Source: a virus
Taxonomy: Duplodnaviria; Caudoviricetes
Virus record (IMG/VR): IMGVR_UViG_3300048853_000118
Location: 1-52,832 of that record
DNA length: 52,832 bases
Strand: one strand, 5' to 3'
The position numbers and the translations under genes are program-made. Below, one piece after another: positions 1 to 7,977 of the stretch; the stretch's first letter is position 1; each line of letters opens with the position of its first letter. The notes beneath the pieces are model-generated. The model was given only the letters and a program-made list of their open reading frames with translations, was not told the origin of the DNA and did no database searches.

Positions 1-1116
1 CTACTTTGTCGGGGTTACCAGCTTCCCCTTTCGGTGCCGAACATAGTGCTTCGTCATCGTTGCAGTTGAATGCCCGAGCTGATCCTGGGCCGCAGTAATC
101 CCGTGCGCTTCTTCTTTATCAGTGGCAGCTTTCGCCCGTAGATCCCGGAACTGGAATTGCTTGATCTTCGCCGCAAGGGCAGGGTGCGCAGCGGACGCGG
201 CGGCCCGGGCGCGATCGAGAGCGCCGCGAAGTTCTGACCGGCTCATCGGCGTGCCGTCCGGCATATTGACCAAACCCATCCCCATCACTTTCCTGCTGCT
301 AATCCGTTCTAGCAGTGCGGCCAATTCCCCTTCCACTGCAATGCGTAGTTTCGCACCGGTCTTGTTCTGCCGGATCCCGATCGCGCCCTCTTTGATGTCC
401 GCCCGCGTCAGCTTGAGTACGTCTGCCGGGCGCTGCCCCGTCAGGTACGCCAAGTCCATGGCATCGCGCAGCGGTGCTTCTGCGGCGTCGTGCACAGCCC
501 TGTAGACATCGTCCTCGACGTAGACGTCGCGCCCCTTCTCTGAGTACCCCTTGATGCCAGCGCACGGGTTCGCCGCGCTGGTGATGCCTTTCGAGCGAGC
601 GAAGTTCCAGATGTGCGAGAACAGCGCCTTCTCTCGGTTCGCTCTGACGCTTCCCTCATCCTTGGCGACGGGGAGCGTGGGCTTTCCAGCAGCGGCGCGC
701 ACGACGTTGGCGGCCAGCTTGATCTTTATCGTTTCCTGCACGCGCCAGTCCATATATTGGCGGACATGGACCGGCTGAATCTCGTCCATCGCCACTGGCG
801 GGTCATCGAAAAACCTGAGCAGCCAAGCTAACTCACGGATATTTACCTCCTGCGTGGCGCGCGCCTTCGTCGGCAGCACTTCGCGCTGGTACCGCTCGGC
901 CGCCACTCGGAAGGTCATGGCGTTGCTCACGTCCGTGTCGCCAGCCGTTAGGTCCGCCCATTTTCGAATAGCTTCGATGTAGTCGGTGCCCAAGGCGATT
1001 TCCTTGCGCTTTCCATTCACGAAGCCAGCATCGAGGTAATAATACGTCCCGTACTTGCGGCGCCGCACCCGCATGCCAGCGGGAAGGTTCAGGTTCTTTG
1101 TCGGCTTGCGGCCCAT
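1..1116 (-). CDS. int: Tyrosine recombinase / phage integrase
   Basis: LTGQRPADV (catalytic R), FRDLRAKA (HxxR variant), LGHS...TKHY (H, Y); N-terminal arm-binding region. Confidence 0.95.
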   Translation of the reverse strand: MGRKPTKNLNLPAGMRVRRRKYGTYYYLDAGFVNGKRKEIALGTDYIEAIRKWADLTAGDTDVSNAMTFRVAAERYQREVLPTKARATQEVNIRELAWLLRFFDDPPVAMDEIQPVHVRQYMDWRVQETIKIKLAANVVRAAAGKPTLPVAKDEGSVRANREKALFSHIWNFARSKGITSAANPCAGIKGYSEKGRDVYVEDDVYRAVHDAAEAPLRDAMDLAYLTGQRPADVLKLTRADIKEGAIGIRQNKTGAKLRIAVEGELAALLERISSRKVMGMGLVNMPDGTPMSRSELRGALDRARAAASAAHPALAAKIKQFQFRDLRAKAATDKEEAHGITAAQDQLGHSTATMTKHYVRHRKGKLVTPTK

Positions 1117-1119
1117 TAT

Positions 1120-1338
1120 TTATCCCGTTTTCAATACGCGGGGCGTCCAGCCCTTCTTCTGAGAGGTCGGCGCCGCGCCACGCCCCTCTACTGCCGACCT
1201 GGTCACGACCGGCCGGCCAATCCCGTTGACGAAGAACGGTAGGCCCATTTTCGACAGCGCTTCGATCTGCAGCTTAATGTAGCTGCGCCCGGTGAGCTGC
1301 TTGATTTCGTCTGAGCTCAAAAATGTGTTGGACATCAT
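1120..1338 (-). CDS. Excisionase-like protein (DUF4224 type)
   Basis: MMSNTFLSSDEIKQLTGR...QIEALSKMGLPF...GRPVV directly upstream of int; ATGA overlap with previous gene. Confidence 0.8.
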   Translation of the reverse strand: MMSNTFLSSDEIKQLTGRSYIKLQIEALSKMGLPFFVNGIGRPVVTRSAVEGRGAAPTSQKKGWTPRVLKTG

Positions 1339-1526
1339 CGCCCTCCTTTCTCTGCTGCCGCGGTTAAGCGGACGTAGCACTTGCTGTGAAACGCACGCTT
1401 CGCCGCGCGGCCGCCACCTGGCACCTGGGCGCGCACGTACCGCTCGCCGGTGTGCACGGTCAGGCCGCAGCAGGCGCACTGGTGCTGGCGCCGCGCGGTG
1501 TGCGTGATGCTGTCGAGGATCACCAT
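1335..1526 (-). CDS. Small Zn-finger-like phage protein
   Basis: MVILDS...HQCACCG...GERY...FHSKC; overlaps both neighbours. Confidence 0.65.
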   Translation of the reverse strand: MVILDSITHTARRQHQCACCGLTVHTGERYVRAQVPGGGRAAKRAFHSKCYVRLTAAAEKGGR

Positions 1527-1870
1527 CCATCCTCCGGCGCGCCGCCGACGATCACGGTGCCGACGCCGTTTCCCGTCAGCGCCTGGCCGAGAACTTTCGC
1601 GCCGCAGTCCGCGCACCACGCGCCGGCCTCGCCGATTCGCGTCAGCGTGACGACGTGGCGGCATCCTGGCGCCGCGTGCGCATCACCGTCGATCGCCATC
1701 AGCATGCTTGGCGGCACGTACCATTCCGGCGACTCGACCGGACAGGGGTGGCGCGGGAACATGGCGCCGTAGTCCTCGCCGTCGAACGGCTCCACGATTT
1801 CGCCAACTGCGCCCATCGGCGGCATATAGCCGTCGGTGCCGACCAGCATAACGAGCTGACCGACCTTCAT
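1520..1870 (-). CDS. Hypothetical phage protein
   Basis: MKVGQLVMLVG...WCADCG; ATGA overlap with upstream gene. Confidence 0.6.
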   Translation of the reverse strand: MKVGQLVMLVGTDGYMPPMGAVGEIVEPFDGEDYGAMFPRHPCPVESPEWYVPPSMLMAIDGDAHAAPGCRHVVTLTRIGEAGAWCADCGAKVLGQALTGNGVGTVIVGGAPEDGW

Positions 1871-2400
1871 GGCTGGCTCCCGCGCCGCGCCCGATCCGCC
1901 GCCACCGCATCGCGCTGGCCCTGGCGGTACTGCTCGGCGGTGTATCCATCTACCGTAGCCCATTCGCCGTTCTCGCCAAAGTGACCTTCCATCGCATGGC
2001 CTTCGGGTAAAGCAGGCAGCCCTTCGGCGTCCACCTCAGCAGGGCGAGAAGCAAGGGCTGCGCGGCGTCCTGCGCTGTGTCCAGCGAAGAAGATGCGCTC
2101 CGGTACCGCGCCGGCGCCGAGCGCCCCGCGCCGCTCCATCCAGTCGGAAAAGTCCTTCTCTGGATCAGCCTCGGGCGCGGTGCTGGGCGATGGCGGGGTG
2201 GCGACCGGGAGTACGGTGCGGACTCCGTTCTCACCGAGCGGCGAAACGATGCCGGCGCGCTCCATGGCGTCGAACAGGCGTGCTGCGCGGTTGTAGCCGA
2301 TCAAGAAGGTGCGCTGCACCATCGACGTACAGGCGCGGTTTCGCGCGCGCACTAGCATCACCGCTTTCTCGTACAGCTCGTCAGGGGAGGTGTCAGCCAT
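1867..2400 (-). CDS. FtsK gamma-domain (winged helix) protein
   Basis: DELYEKAV...TSMVQRTFLIGYNRAARLFDAMERAGIVSP matches FtsK-gamma signature. Confidence 0.85.
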   Translation of the reverse strand: MADTSPDELYEKAVMLVRARNRACTSMVQRTFLIGYNRAARLFDAMERAGIVSPLGENGVRTVLPVATPPSPSTAPEADPEKDFSDWMERRGALGAGAVPERIFFAGHSAGRRAALASRPAEVDAEGLPALPEGHAMEGHFGENGEWATVDGYTAEQYRQGQRDAVAADRARRGSQP

Positions 2401-2590
2401 GGTCGGCTCCTTTCAGGTGCGCGTCGAGCACACGGTTGATCTGCTTCAGCGCGCGCAGCAGTGCGGCGGCGCAGTCATCCATCTGGCGCACCAGCGAGCG
2501 GTGGCGGCTGTCGTCGCGGCGAGCGGCGCGGCGGTCATTCGCGATCAGCTCGCACGCGCGGCGGAACATGCGGGCGCGATTACTCCACAT
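2393..2590 (-). CDS. Hypothetical phage protein
   Basis: MWSNRARMF...; tiles operon with overlaps. Confidence 0.5.
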   Translation of the reverse strand: MWSNRARMFRRACELIANDRRAARRDDSRHRSLVRQMDDCAAALLRALKQINRVLDAHLKGADHG

Positions 2591-2804
2591 GGCCGGCTCC
2601 CTCTCCCTGGCCGCCGTCGAGCTGGGCGGCGCGCGCACACCTGCGGCAGTAATCTTTGCCTTTGATGTGCGTCCATCCTTCGCGCGGCGCATGCTCCGCT
2701 CGGGCCTGCGCTTTCGTAGGCGGCCTGGTGGCGCTTACGCCCTGGACCCACAGGCTGCAATCATCGCCATCGCAGAACACGTCGGCGGTATATACGATGC
2801 TCAC
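2580..2804 (-). CDS. Small Cys-rich phage protein
   Basis: GTG start overlapping upstream TGA; FCDGDDC...GW...YCRRC. Confidence 0.6.
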   Translation of the reverse strand: MSIVYTADVFCDGDDCSLWVQGVSATRPPTKAQARAEHAPREGWTHIKGKDYCRRCARAAQLDGGQGEGAGHVE

Positions 2805-4177
2805 GCTGCGTCTCCTTTCCTCAATGCTGGATGGCTCGCATCGACCACAAAGTCGATAGGAACGGTGATCTGCGAACCGCAATTCGGGCAATCAGCCAGC
2901 TCAACCGTTTTGATGACGGCCGGCGCTTCCGGTGTGCCGGGGGCGCGTTCCAAGAACGCATCGACCTTGCCGCCCAATTCAGACCCCAGCCCGCAATCGT
3001 CGCGGGCGGTGCGCAGAAGGGCGCACGCCTCGGCCAGTGCCGGTGTGCCGGGGGCGCTAGGGGCGCTAGGGGCGAAGTCCGACACCTTGTACACCGGCTC
3101 GGCCGGATCCAGTTCAGCCGCCAGATAGGCCGAGCCAGGTGCTGCGGCTTGTTGGGCGCGCTTGAGGTCGGCCATCAAGTCCCATGCGTGGTGCTTTGAT
3201 AGGAATTCGCTCAACGGCTTGTAAAACGGCGCTTGCTCGACCAACAGCATTTCGCGCTTGGCTTCGTCCGACCGGCCCATCGCCTCCCAATAGGCGGCCT
3301 CCGCGCGCCCGAATGCATCGTGCCTGGCATCACCGATGTGCAGCAGCTTGCGCAGCTCGTCTTCCTTCCAATACGTGCCGCCTTCATCCTCCGGCGCGCC
3401 GGACTTGCTCCAGCCGATGCAATCCGAGAACGGGTCTTCGGAGCTTTGGCCGAGGATCACGGCAAGCGCCTCCTCACGGCCCTGCGCCCGGTAGTCGAGC
3501 GGGGTCAGTGCCGGCACTTCGGCCTTCGCGGCAAGAGCGGCCTCCAGCTCCTCGTTGTCGAGTTGCGCCCAGCGGCGGCCAGTCTCGTCGCAGGAGGTGC
3601 AGTTCTCGCGCCGACCTCGCTCGCCATTACAGGCGGTGCAGCTTCCGGAATCTGCCTGTGCGCCTTGGGACTGAGCGGCGAGGGCTGCGTTGCGTGGCGG
3701 GTTCTCGCGGTTCAGTAGATCGACGCACCGTTGGAATACATCGTCGTCCAGCTTGAAGGCCATTCCGAGGTAGCCGGCGTTGCTCTCAGGATCTTCGTAG
3801 CAGTCAATTCCGTTTTCCCATGCATCGAAGACAGCGGCCAGCAACTCGACCGCTTCATCGCCCGCAGGTCCTGACAGCGCAATTACCGGCACGACAGGCC
3901 GCCCGTACTGTTTAGAGACCGGCTCTACCTGGCCTCGATTTTTCGACCAGATGATCACGTTGCCGTTCTCGGCCAATACCGCCCATGCGAAAGCCTCAGC
4001 TTGCGGCGCTTCGCCCTCTGGCTTGGCGCGGCGAGCGAACGCAGCGTGAATAACCTTGCGAACGTCATCAAGGTGGTTGGCTTGGCCAGATGCGTTGGCG
4101 CGCGCTTCGTCGGCAAATTCATCAAGCAGGCGGTCAAGGTCCGGCAGTTCAGGGGATGCGGTAGGGGTGGTGGTCAT
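2801..4177 (-). CDS. Mosaic early-left hypothetical protein, 458 aa
   Basis: Long ORF, Ala/Pro linkers, CTAC...CTSC; typical patchwork early gene. Confidence 0.75.
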   Translation of the reverse strand: MTTTPTASPELPDLDRLLDEFADEARANASGQANHLDDVRKVIHAAFARRAKPEGEAPQAEAFAWAVLAENGNVIIWSKNRGQVEPVSKQYGRPVVPVIALSGPAGDEAVELLAAVFDAWENGIDCYEDPESNAGYLGMAFKLDDDVFQRCVDLLNRENPPRNAALAAQSQGAQADSGSCTACNGERGRRENCTSCDETGRRWAQLDNEELEAALAAKAEVPALTPLDYRAQGREEALAVILGQSSEDPFSDCIGWSKSGAPEDEGGTYWKEDELRKLLHIGDARHDAFGRAEAAYWEAMGRSDEAKREMLLVEQAPFYKPLSEFLSKHHAWDLMADLKRAQQAAAPGSAYLAAELDPAEPVYKVSDFAPSAPSAPGTPALAEACALLRTARDDCGLGSELGGKVDAFLERAPGTPEAPAVIKTVELADCPNCGSQITVPIDFVVDASHPALRKGDAA

Positions 4178-4422
4178 GCTGCTGCTCCGTTATTCTTTTC
4201 GGGGTTCTCGGCCAGGCCGCGCCACAGCACGCGCTGGTACATCGACTTTCGATCGCGGATCAGGTGCGCGTTGAATGCGCTGTACGCGTAGGCGCCCCAG
4301 CGCTCGCCGTCCCAGTGCTGCATCGCGCCGGCGCCTTTCCCACATACGCTCGTCTCGTACACACCAGGGATCTCCGGTTTCTGTGCGGGGTGAAACCAGT
4401 CGGATAACCTTGGTCGCTTCAT
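4174..4422 (-). CDS. Hypothetical phage protein
   Basis: DWF...KPEIPGVY...WDGERW...WRGL; ATGA overlaps. Confidence 0.7.
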   Translation of the reverse strand: MKRPRLSDWFHPAQKPEIPGVYETSVCGKGAGAMQHWDGERWGAYAYSAFNAHLIRDRKSMYQRVLWRGLAENPEKNNGAAA

Positions 4423-5465
4423 TTCTGCTGCTCCTGGCGCACGTCTGGTGTAGATGCCTGGGCGATGATGTGCTCGATCAGGCTGTCGATGGTCGGGTCG
4501 CTGCCTTTGAGATCGTCGATCCAGCGAGGCAAGGCGGCGCGCGCGGCGCAGCGCTCATTCTCACGCGCCATACGAGCCTCGCTCCAGTCGCGATCCTTCT
4601 TCTCGGCCGTACGCTTCCAGGCCATCATCCCGCCGTAGTAGCGCTCGATTTCATCCGCCGCTGCGGTCAGCAGCGGCTTCCAGCCCGGCTGCTGGTCGGC
4701 CGTTTCGCGCAAGCGGTGCGACAAGTCGGTAGGCGCCCGCTCTGCCTGTGCTGGCGCCTGCTGTGCCACTGCTGGCGCAGAGGGAGCAGCGAGGTGCTCG
4801 ACGGCCATGTCGTAAATGCGCTTGATGGTGTCCCATCCGACCGCTACACGCTCCTCAACCGTTCCTTCGCCCTTGCACTCGCCGCATTCGCAATCAACAT
4901 CGACTTCGCCGGCGCCATCGCAAGATGGACAAGTAACCGAGCACGACTCGGCGAACTCGCCAGACAGCAGACCCTTGGCGCCGTTCTCGGCGGTCAGGCG
5001 GCGCGGCATCAGCACGAATCCTTCCGGCACCGCTACCTGACCGGCCTCGACACCAGCAGCCAGATCAGCCGCGGCGTGGCGCGCGTCGCGGTGGCCTTCC
5101 TTGTACGCCATCATCTCGGACTTGCTGGAGAACATCGAGCGCGTGGCATCGCATGACAGGCGCATGATCGCGTCGTGTAGATCGGCCGGCGCTACCTTAC
5201 CGGCTTGTGCCGCGCCGAGCGCCATCTGCTTGTACTTCTCGCCCAGCTCGGCCTCGGCCTTCCATGCGTTCATCACGCGCAGGACCGACATCGCTTCGCC
5301 GGCAGCCGGGTCGTACTGGTCACCCAGTGCAGCGCGGATCGCAACGAGGGCTTGCGTTTGTGCCGCGACAGGGGCGGCGACCAGTGCCGCGCCGATCGCC
5401 GGCAGGGATACGCCGCGCGCATTCGCCATTGCCTGGTCGTATGCTGGGTTGCTCTGGTTTTTCAT
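4419..5465 (-). CDS. Mosaic early-left hypothetical protein with CxxC pair
   Basis: Start MKNQSN with GAGGAG RBS; MPRRLTAENGAKGLLSGEF...CPSC...CGEC...WDTIKRIY module. Confidence 0.7.
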   Translation of the reverse strand: MKNQSNPAYDQAMANARGVSLPAIGAALVAAPVAAQTQALVAIRAALGDQYDPAAGEAMSVLRVMNAWKAEAELGEKYKQMALGAAQAGKVAPADLHDAIMRLSCDATRSMFSSKSEMMAYKEGHRDARHAAADLAAGVEAGQVAVPEGFVLMPRRLTAENGAKGLLSGEFAESCSVTCPSCDGAGEVDVDCECGECKGEGTVEERVAVGWDTIKRIYDMAVEHLAAPSAPAVAQQAPAQAERAPTDLSHRLRETADQQPGWKPLLTAAADEIERYYGGMMAWKRTAEKKDRDWSEARMARENERCAARAALPRWIDDLKGSDPTIDSLIEHIIAQASTPDVRQEQQK

Positions 5466-5650
5466 CACTTCTCCTCGTCTTGTCGGTATGTGCGGCGCGG
5501 CGCTGCGGCCGCCGCCAGTTTGTTTTCGGCCTTGGCGCGGAGGGCTTGCTCCATCGTGTGCAGCGCCTGGCAGGCGGCCAGCTGCGCGAACAGGTCGCGC
5601 GCCATCTGTTCCGGGCACTGGTAGGTGGCCCGCAGTTCTTCGAAGGTCAC
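5465..5650 (-). CDS. Hypothetical phage protein
   Basis: GTG start, (M)TFEELRATYQCPEQMAR; tiles operon. Confidence 0.55.
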   Translation of the reverse strand: MTFEELRATYQCPEQMARDLFAQLAACQALHTMEQALRAKAENKLAAAAAPRRTYRQDEEK

Positions 5651-5775
5651 GGCCGCGCTCCGTAGAAAGTCGCCGCCGCGCGCGCTGCATCCGCGTCTTC
5701 GGCGCGCTGCACTTCGGCCACGATGATCAGGAAGGCCAGCACGAACACCAGCGCCTGGGCGATGCGGCGGATCAT
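5647..5775 (-). CDS. Small membrane protein
   Basis: MIRRIAQALVFVLAFLIIVAEV, one TM helix; ATGA overlap. Confidence 0.55.
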   Translation of the reverse strand: MIRRIAQALVFVLAFLIIVAEVQRAEDADAARAAATFYGARP

Positions 5776-5873
5776 TGCGGCAGCCCGGTGACGATGGCGG
5801 TGGTGCACGCGGCGACCCACGCAAGGACCCAGGCGGCATGGCACCCGGCGTCGCGCATCTGGCGCCCGCTCAT
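5772..5873 (-). CDS. 33-aa hydrophobic peptide
   Basis: MSGRQMRDAGCHAAWVLAWVAACTTAIVTGLPQ; ATGA overlaps at both ends. Confidence 0.5.
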   Translation of the reverse strand: MSGRQMRDAGCHAAWVLAWVAACTTAIVTGLPQ

Positions 5874-6259
5874 GGCAGCGCCTTGAGCTCGCAGGCGACA
5901 GCGCGCATGTTGGCGATGGCGGCGCCGGCGGCGCGCTGGATGGTGTCCAGCCGCGTGCGCGCCATGGCCACGTGCGCGATCGGCGCGCGCGCCAGATCGT
6001 CAACCGGGACGGTGAACAGGATCCGCAGCTCGTAGCGCGTGGCATCGGCCTGGACGTCGAGCAGGTGCTCCTTCGTCCGAATCTCGTGCCAGCGCACCGG
6101 CAGCGCATTGCGGAAGCGGCAGAAATACACCACGCTGGAGCCATCGAAAGGCGTGCCCTCATCGCCCCAGTCCAGCGGGCGGCCGGGCAGGGCGAGGTCA
6201 TCGAAGCGGCGCTGCGGAACTTCCGGCGCCGGTGCTTGCGTGCTGGCGGTCATGTTCAT
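5870..6259 (-). CDS. Hypothetical phage protein
   Basis: 129-aa ORF tiling the operon. Confidence 0.6.
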   Translation of the reverse strand: MNMTASTQAPAPEVPQRRFDDLALPGRPLDWGDEGTPFDGSSVVYFCRFRNALPVRWHEIRTKEHLLDVQADATRYELRILFTVPVDDLARAPIAHVAMARTRLDTIQRAAGAAIANMRAVACELKALP

Positions 6260-6438
6260 TTTTTCGTGTCGTCCGGTTGGGTGGATGGGGTCTTGTCGTC
6301 GATCGCTTTCAGGTCGCGGAAGTAGCGCGCCGAGCCGCGGTTGCCTCGGTAGTTGCGGACGGCCTGGCGGTCCTGCTCCGCCAGGCTCTGGTCGTCGGTG
6401 CTGGGCGCGCGCCAGGCGCGTCGTGCGTTGCGTGCCAT
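6256..6438 (-). CDS. Small basic hypothetical protein
   Basis: 60 aa, ATGA overlap. Confidence 0.55.
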   Translation of the reverse strand: MARNARRAWRAPSTDDQSLAEQDRQAVRNYRGNRGSARYFRDLKAIDDKTPSTQPDDTKK

Positions 6439-6443
6439 GGTGC

Positions 6444-6581
6444 TCAGCCCTCGAGGATCACCGACACGCCCTGGGCGCCGTCGTCGTACGCTGCGTCCTG
6501 CAGCTGGTCGCGGTTGCCGATGGCGGTGTACGTGATCGGCGTGGCGCCGGGTGCGGTAACAATGGTGATGCGGTATCGCAT
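6444..6581 (-). CDS. 45-aa hypothetical protein
   Basis: MRYRITIVTAPGATPITYTAIG...GVSVILEG with GAGGA RBS (not in ORF track). Confidence 0.6.
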   Translation of the reverse strand: MRYRITIVTAPGATPITYTAIGNRDQLQDAAYDDGAQGVSVILEG

Positions 6582-6588
6582 GTCGTCC

Positions 6589-7062
6589 TCACTCTTTCGT
6601 TTTTGCCCGGGCGCGGGGCTGGCGGCTCGACTTCGAGCGGGTAGGGTTGAGCGCGGCCAGCTCGTCGCGGCGCTCGGTCAGCATCTGGATCGCGGCGCGG
6701 CAAATCGCTGCCATCGTTGCGGCATCGCGATCCGGGTGCGCACCGTAGAACTCGGTGACGCTGCGCCGGCCGGCGCCGTAGCCGACCGAAACGCTGTATT
6801 CGTCCTCGTCGTGCCGGATGTTCAGCGCATGCTTGATCGCCAGCGCGCCGGCCGCGCGCGGCTCGCGCCGCCACTTCGGCAGCACCTCGCTCGAGCGCAG
6901 GCCGCTGATGCCGCCACCGCCCGGGCCCGTGGCCAGGTAGACGTTGGAATCGCGGTACACGCCAGCAGGCTTGGTGGCGCGCTTGTCCAAGTCAAGGCGC
7001 GCCAGAGCGATCTCTTCGACGATGGCTTGGCTGATGTATTCGTTGTCCCACTGCTTGCTCAT
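6589..7062 (-). CDS. First gene of PL operon, hypothetical
   Basis: Start MSKQWDNE preceded by GGAGAG; LPKWRRE...LAIKH...AICRAAI. Confidence 0.65.
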   Translation of the reverse strand: MSKQWDNEYISQAIVEEIALARLDLDKRATKPAGVYRDSNVYLATGPGGGGISGLRSSEVLPKWRREPRAAGALAIKHALNIRHDEDEYSVSVGYGAGRRSVTEFYGAHPDRDAATMAAICRAAIQMLTERRDELAALNPTRSKSSRQPRARAKTKE

Positions 7063-7115
7063 GTAGCTCTCCAGAACAGCGGCTCGGTCTGTGCTGAGCT
7101 CGCTCAATGGATTTG

Positions 7116-7143
7116 ATTATAGCGATTCGCTAAATTAAGTAAA
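7116..7143 (-). promoter_or_regulatory. PL-like sigma70 promoter
   Basis: Minus strand TTTACT-N16-TATAAT, overlapped by operator 7120-7132. Confidence 0.7.
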
Positions 7144-7166
7144 GCGAAAAATATAGCGGCGCGCTA
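7120..7166. promoter_or_regulatory. OL operators (TAGC-N5-GCTA)
   Basis: TAGCGATTCGCTA at 7120-7132 identical to 13482-13494; TAGCGGCGCGCTA at 7154-7166. Confidence 0.85.
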
Positions 7167-7184
7167 ATTTCGCGCTATACTTCG

Positions 7185-7545
7185 GTCTTTGGTCGAGTTT
7201 GACTGGATGCGGGCCGCTTGATGTGGCCCAAGATCCGAGCTGACGGCATCAGCCGCTTCACTCGTCGGGAACCGCCGGCAGGGGTGAGGGGATAGGCGTA
7301 CTGTGGGAATGGTCTGAGATACGCACGCGGGCAGCGAAGTTAGCACCTGCGGACCGGAAAGGCTGACGAGTCGTAGTAGACGGCGTACCGATCTAATACG
7401 TAAAGGCTCCGCGTTCGACAGGAAAGCTGAGTCTTCGTCCCAGCCCCCGATAGTACGAAACCCAGACTGGGGTTGAAGTTAGAGGATGAGCAGATACAGC
7501 ATCAAGCAGTACCTCTATTCGGTGTTGTTAGTACCTATACAAGGT
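7185..7545 (+). ncRNA. Candidate structured non-coding RNA / leader
   Basis: No credible ORF; TATACT at 7176-7181; serial hairpins at 7211-7229, 7239-7253, 7256-7289, 7296-7324, 7441-7475, 7480-7517. Confidence 0.5.
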
Positions 7546-7567
7546 GCGAAAAGAAAAAAGGCCGCGA

Positions 7568-7933
7568 ATGGCGAAAAAAATGACCCTGTCGGGCTACCTG
7601 GCGCAGAGGGGAACGAAGGCGAAGGCGCTGACACGAGGCGAGGCCGCGCTGCTGGGCATTCCGTACCCGCTGCAGGCTGGCTGGCCAAGGCGGTACGGCG
7701 CGGTGGAAATCGACGACGATTTGTTGCTGAGGCTCGCAGCATGCGCCGAGTTGGCGCGCCAAGCAGCCGAAGAAAGGGCGATCCGCGCTCGCGAGAAGAG
7801 TACGGGCTCATCGGCGGCGCTGCAGCAATTGACGCTGATGCCGAGCGCGCCTGTTACGATGAAGGTCGTTGCGGGATTCGTGCTGCGCCGGGCTCGCCGA
7901 TACTGTACACGCAAGCCAGCACCTTGGACGTAA
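7568..7933 (+). CDS. Hypothetical protein downstream of the structured tract
   Basis: MAKKMTLSGYL...LTRGEAALLGIPYPLQAGW; ends at terminator hairpin. Confidence 0.6.
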   Translation: MAKKMTLSGYLAQRGTKAKALTRGEAALLGIPYPLQAGWPRRYGAVEIDDDLLLRLAACAELARQAAEERAIRAREKSTGSSAALQQLTLMPSAPVTMKVVAGFVLRRARRYCTRKPAPWT

Positions 7934-7955
7934 AAAAGCCCGCTTAAGACGGGCT
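7932..7955. terminator. Intrinsic terminator between convergent genes
   Basis: A6-GCCCG cttaaga CGGGCT; U-tract on minus strand. Confidence 0.7.
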
Positions 7956-7977
7956 GGTGTTTCGCGATCGAAGGGAG

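Noticed and set aside
1-60. attL/attR core
   Set aside because: Window starts at the int stop and ends at the Rz stop, so no flanking DNA is available to compare
7363-7462. Hammerhead ribozyme (CTGACGA ... CGAAAC)
   Set aside because: The stem after CTGACGA (GTC/GAC) is followed by GGCG, not GAAA, and the distant GAAAC has no matching stem III I could find
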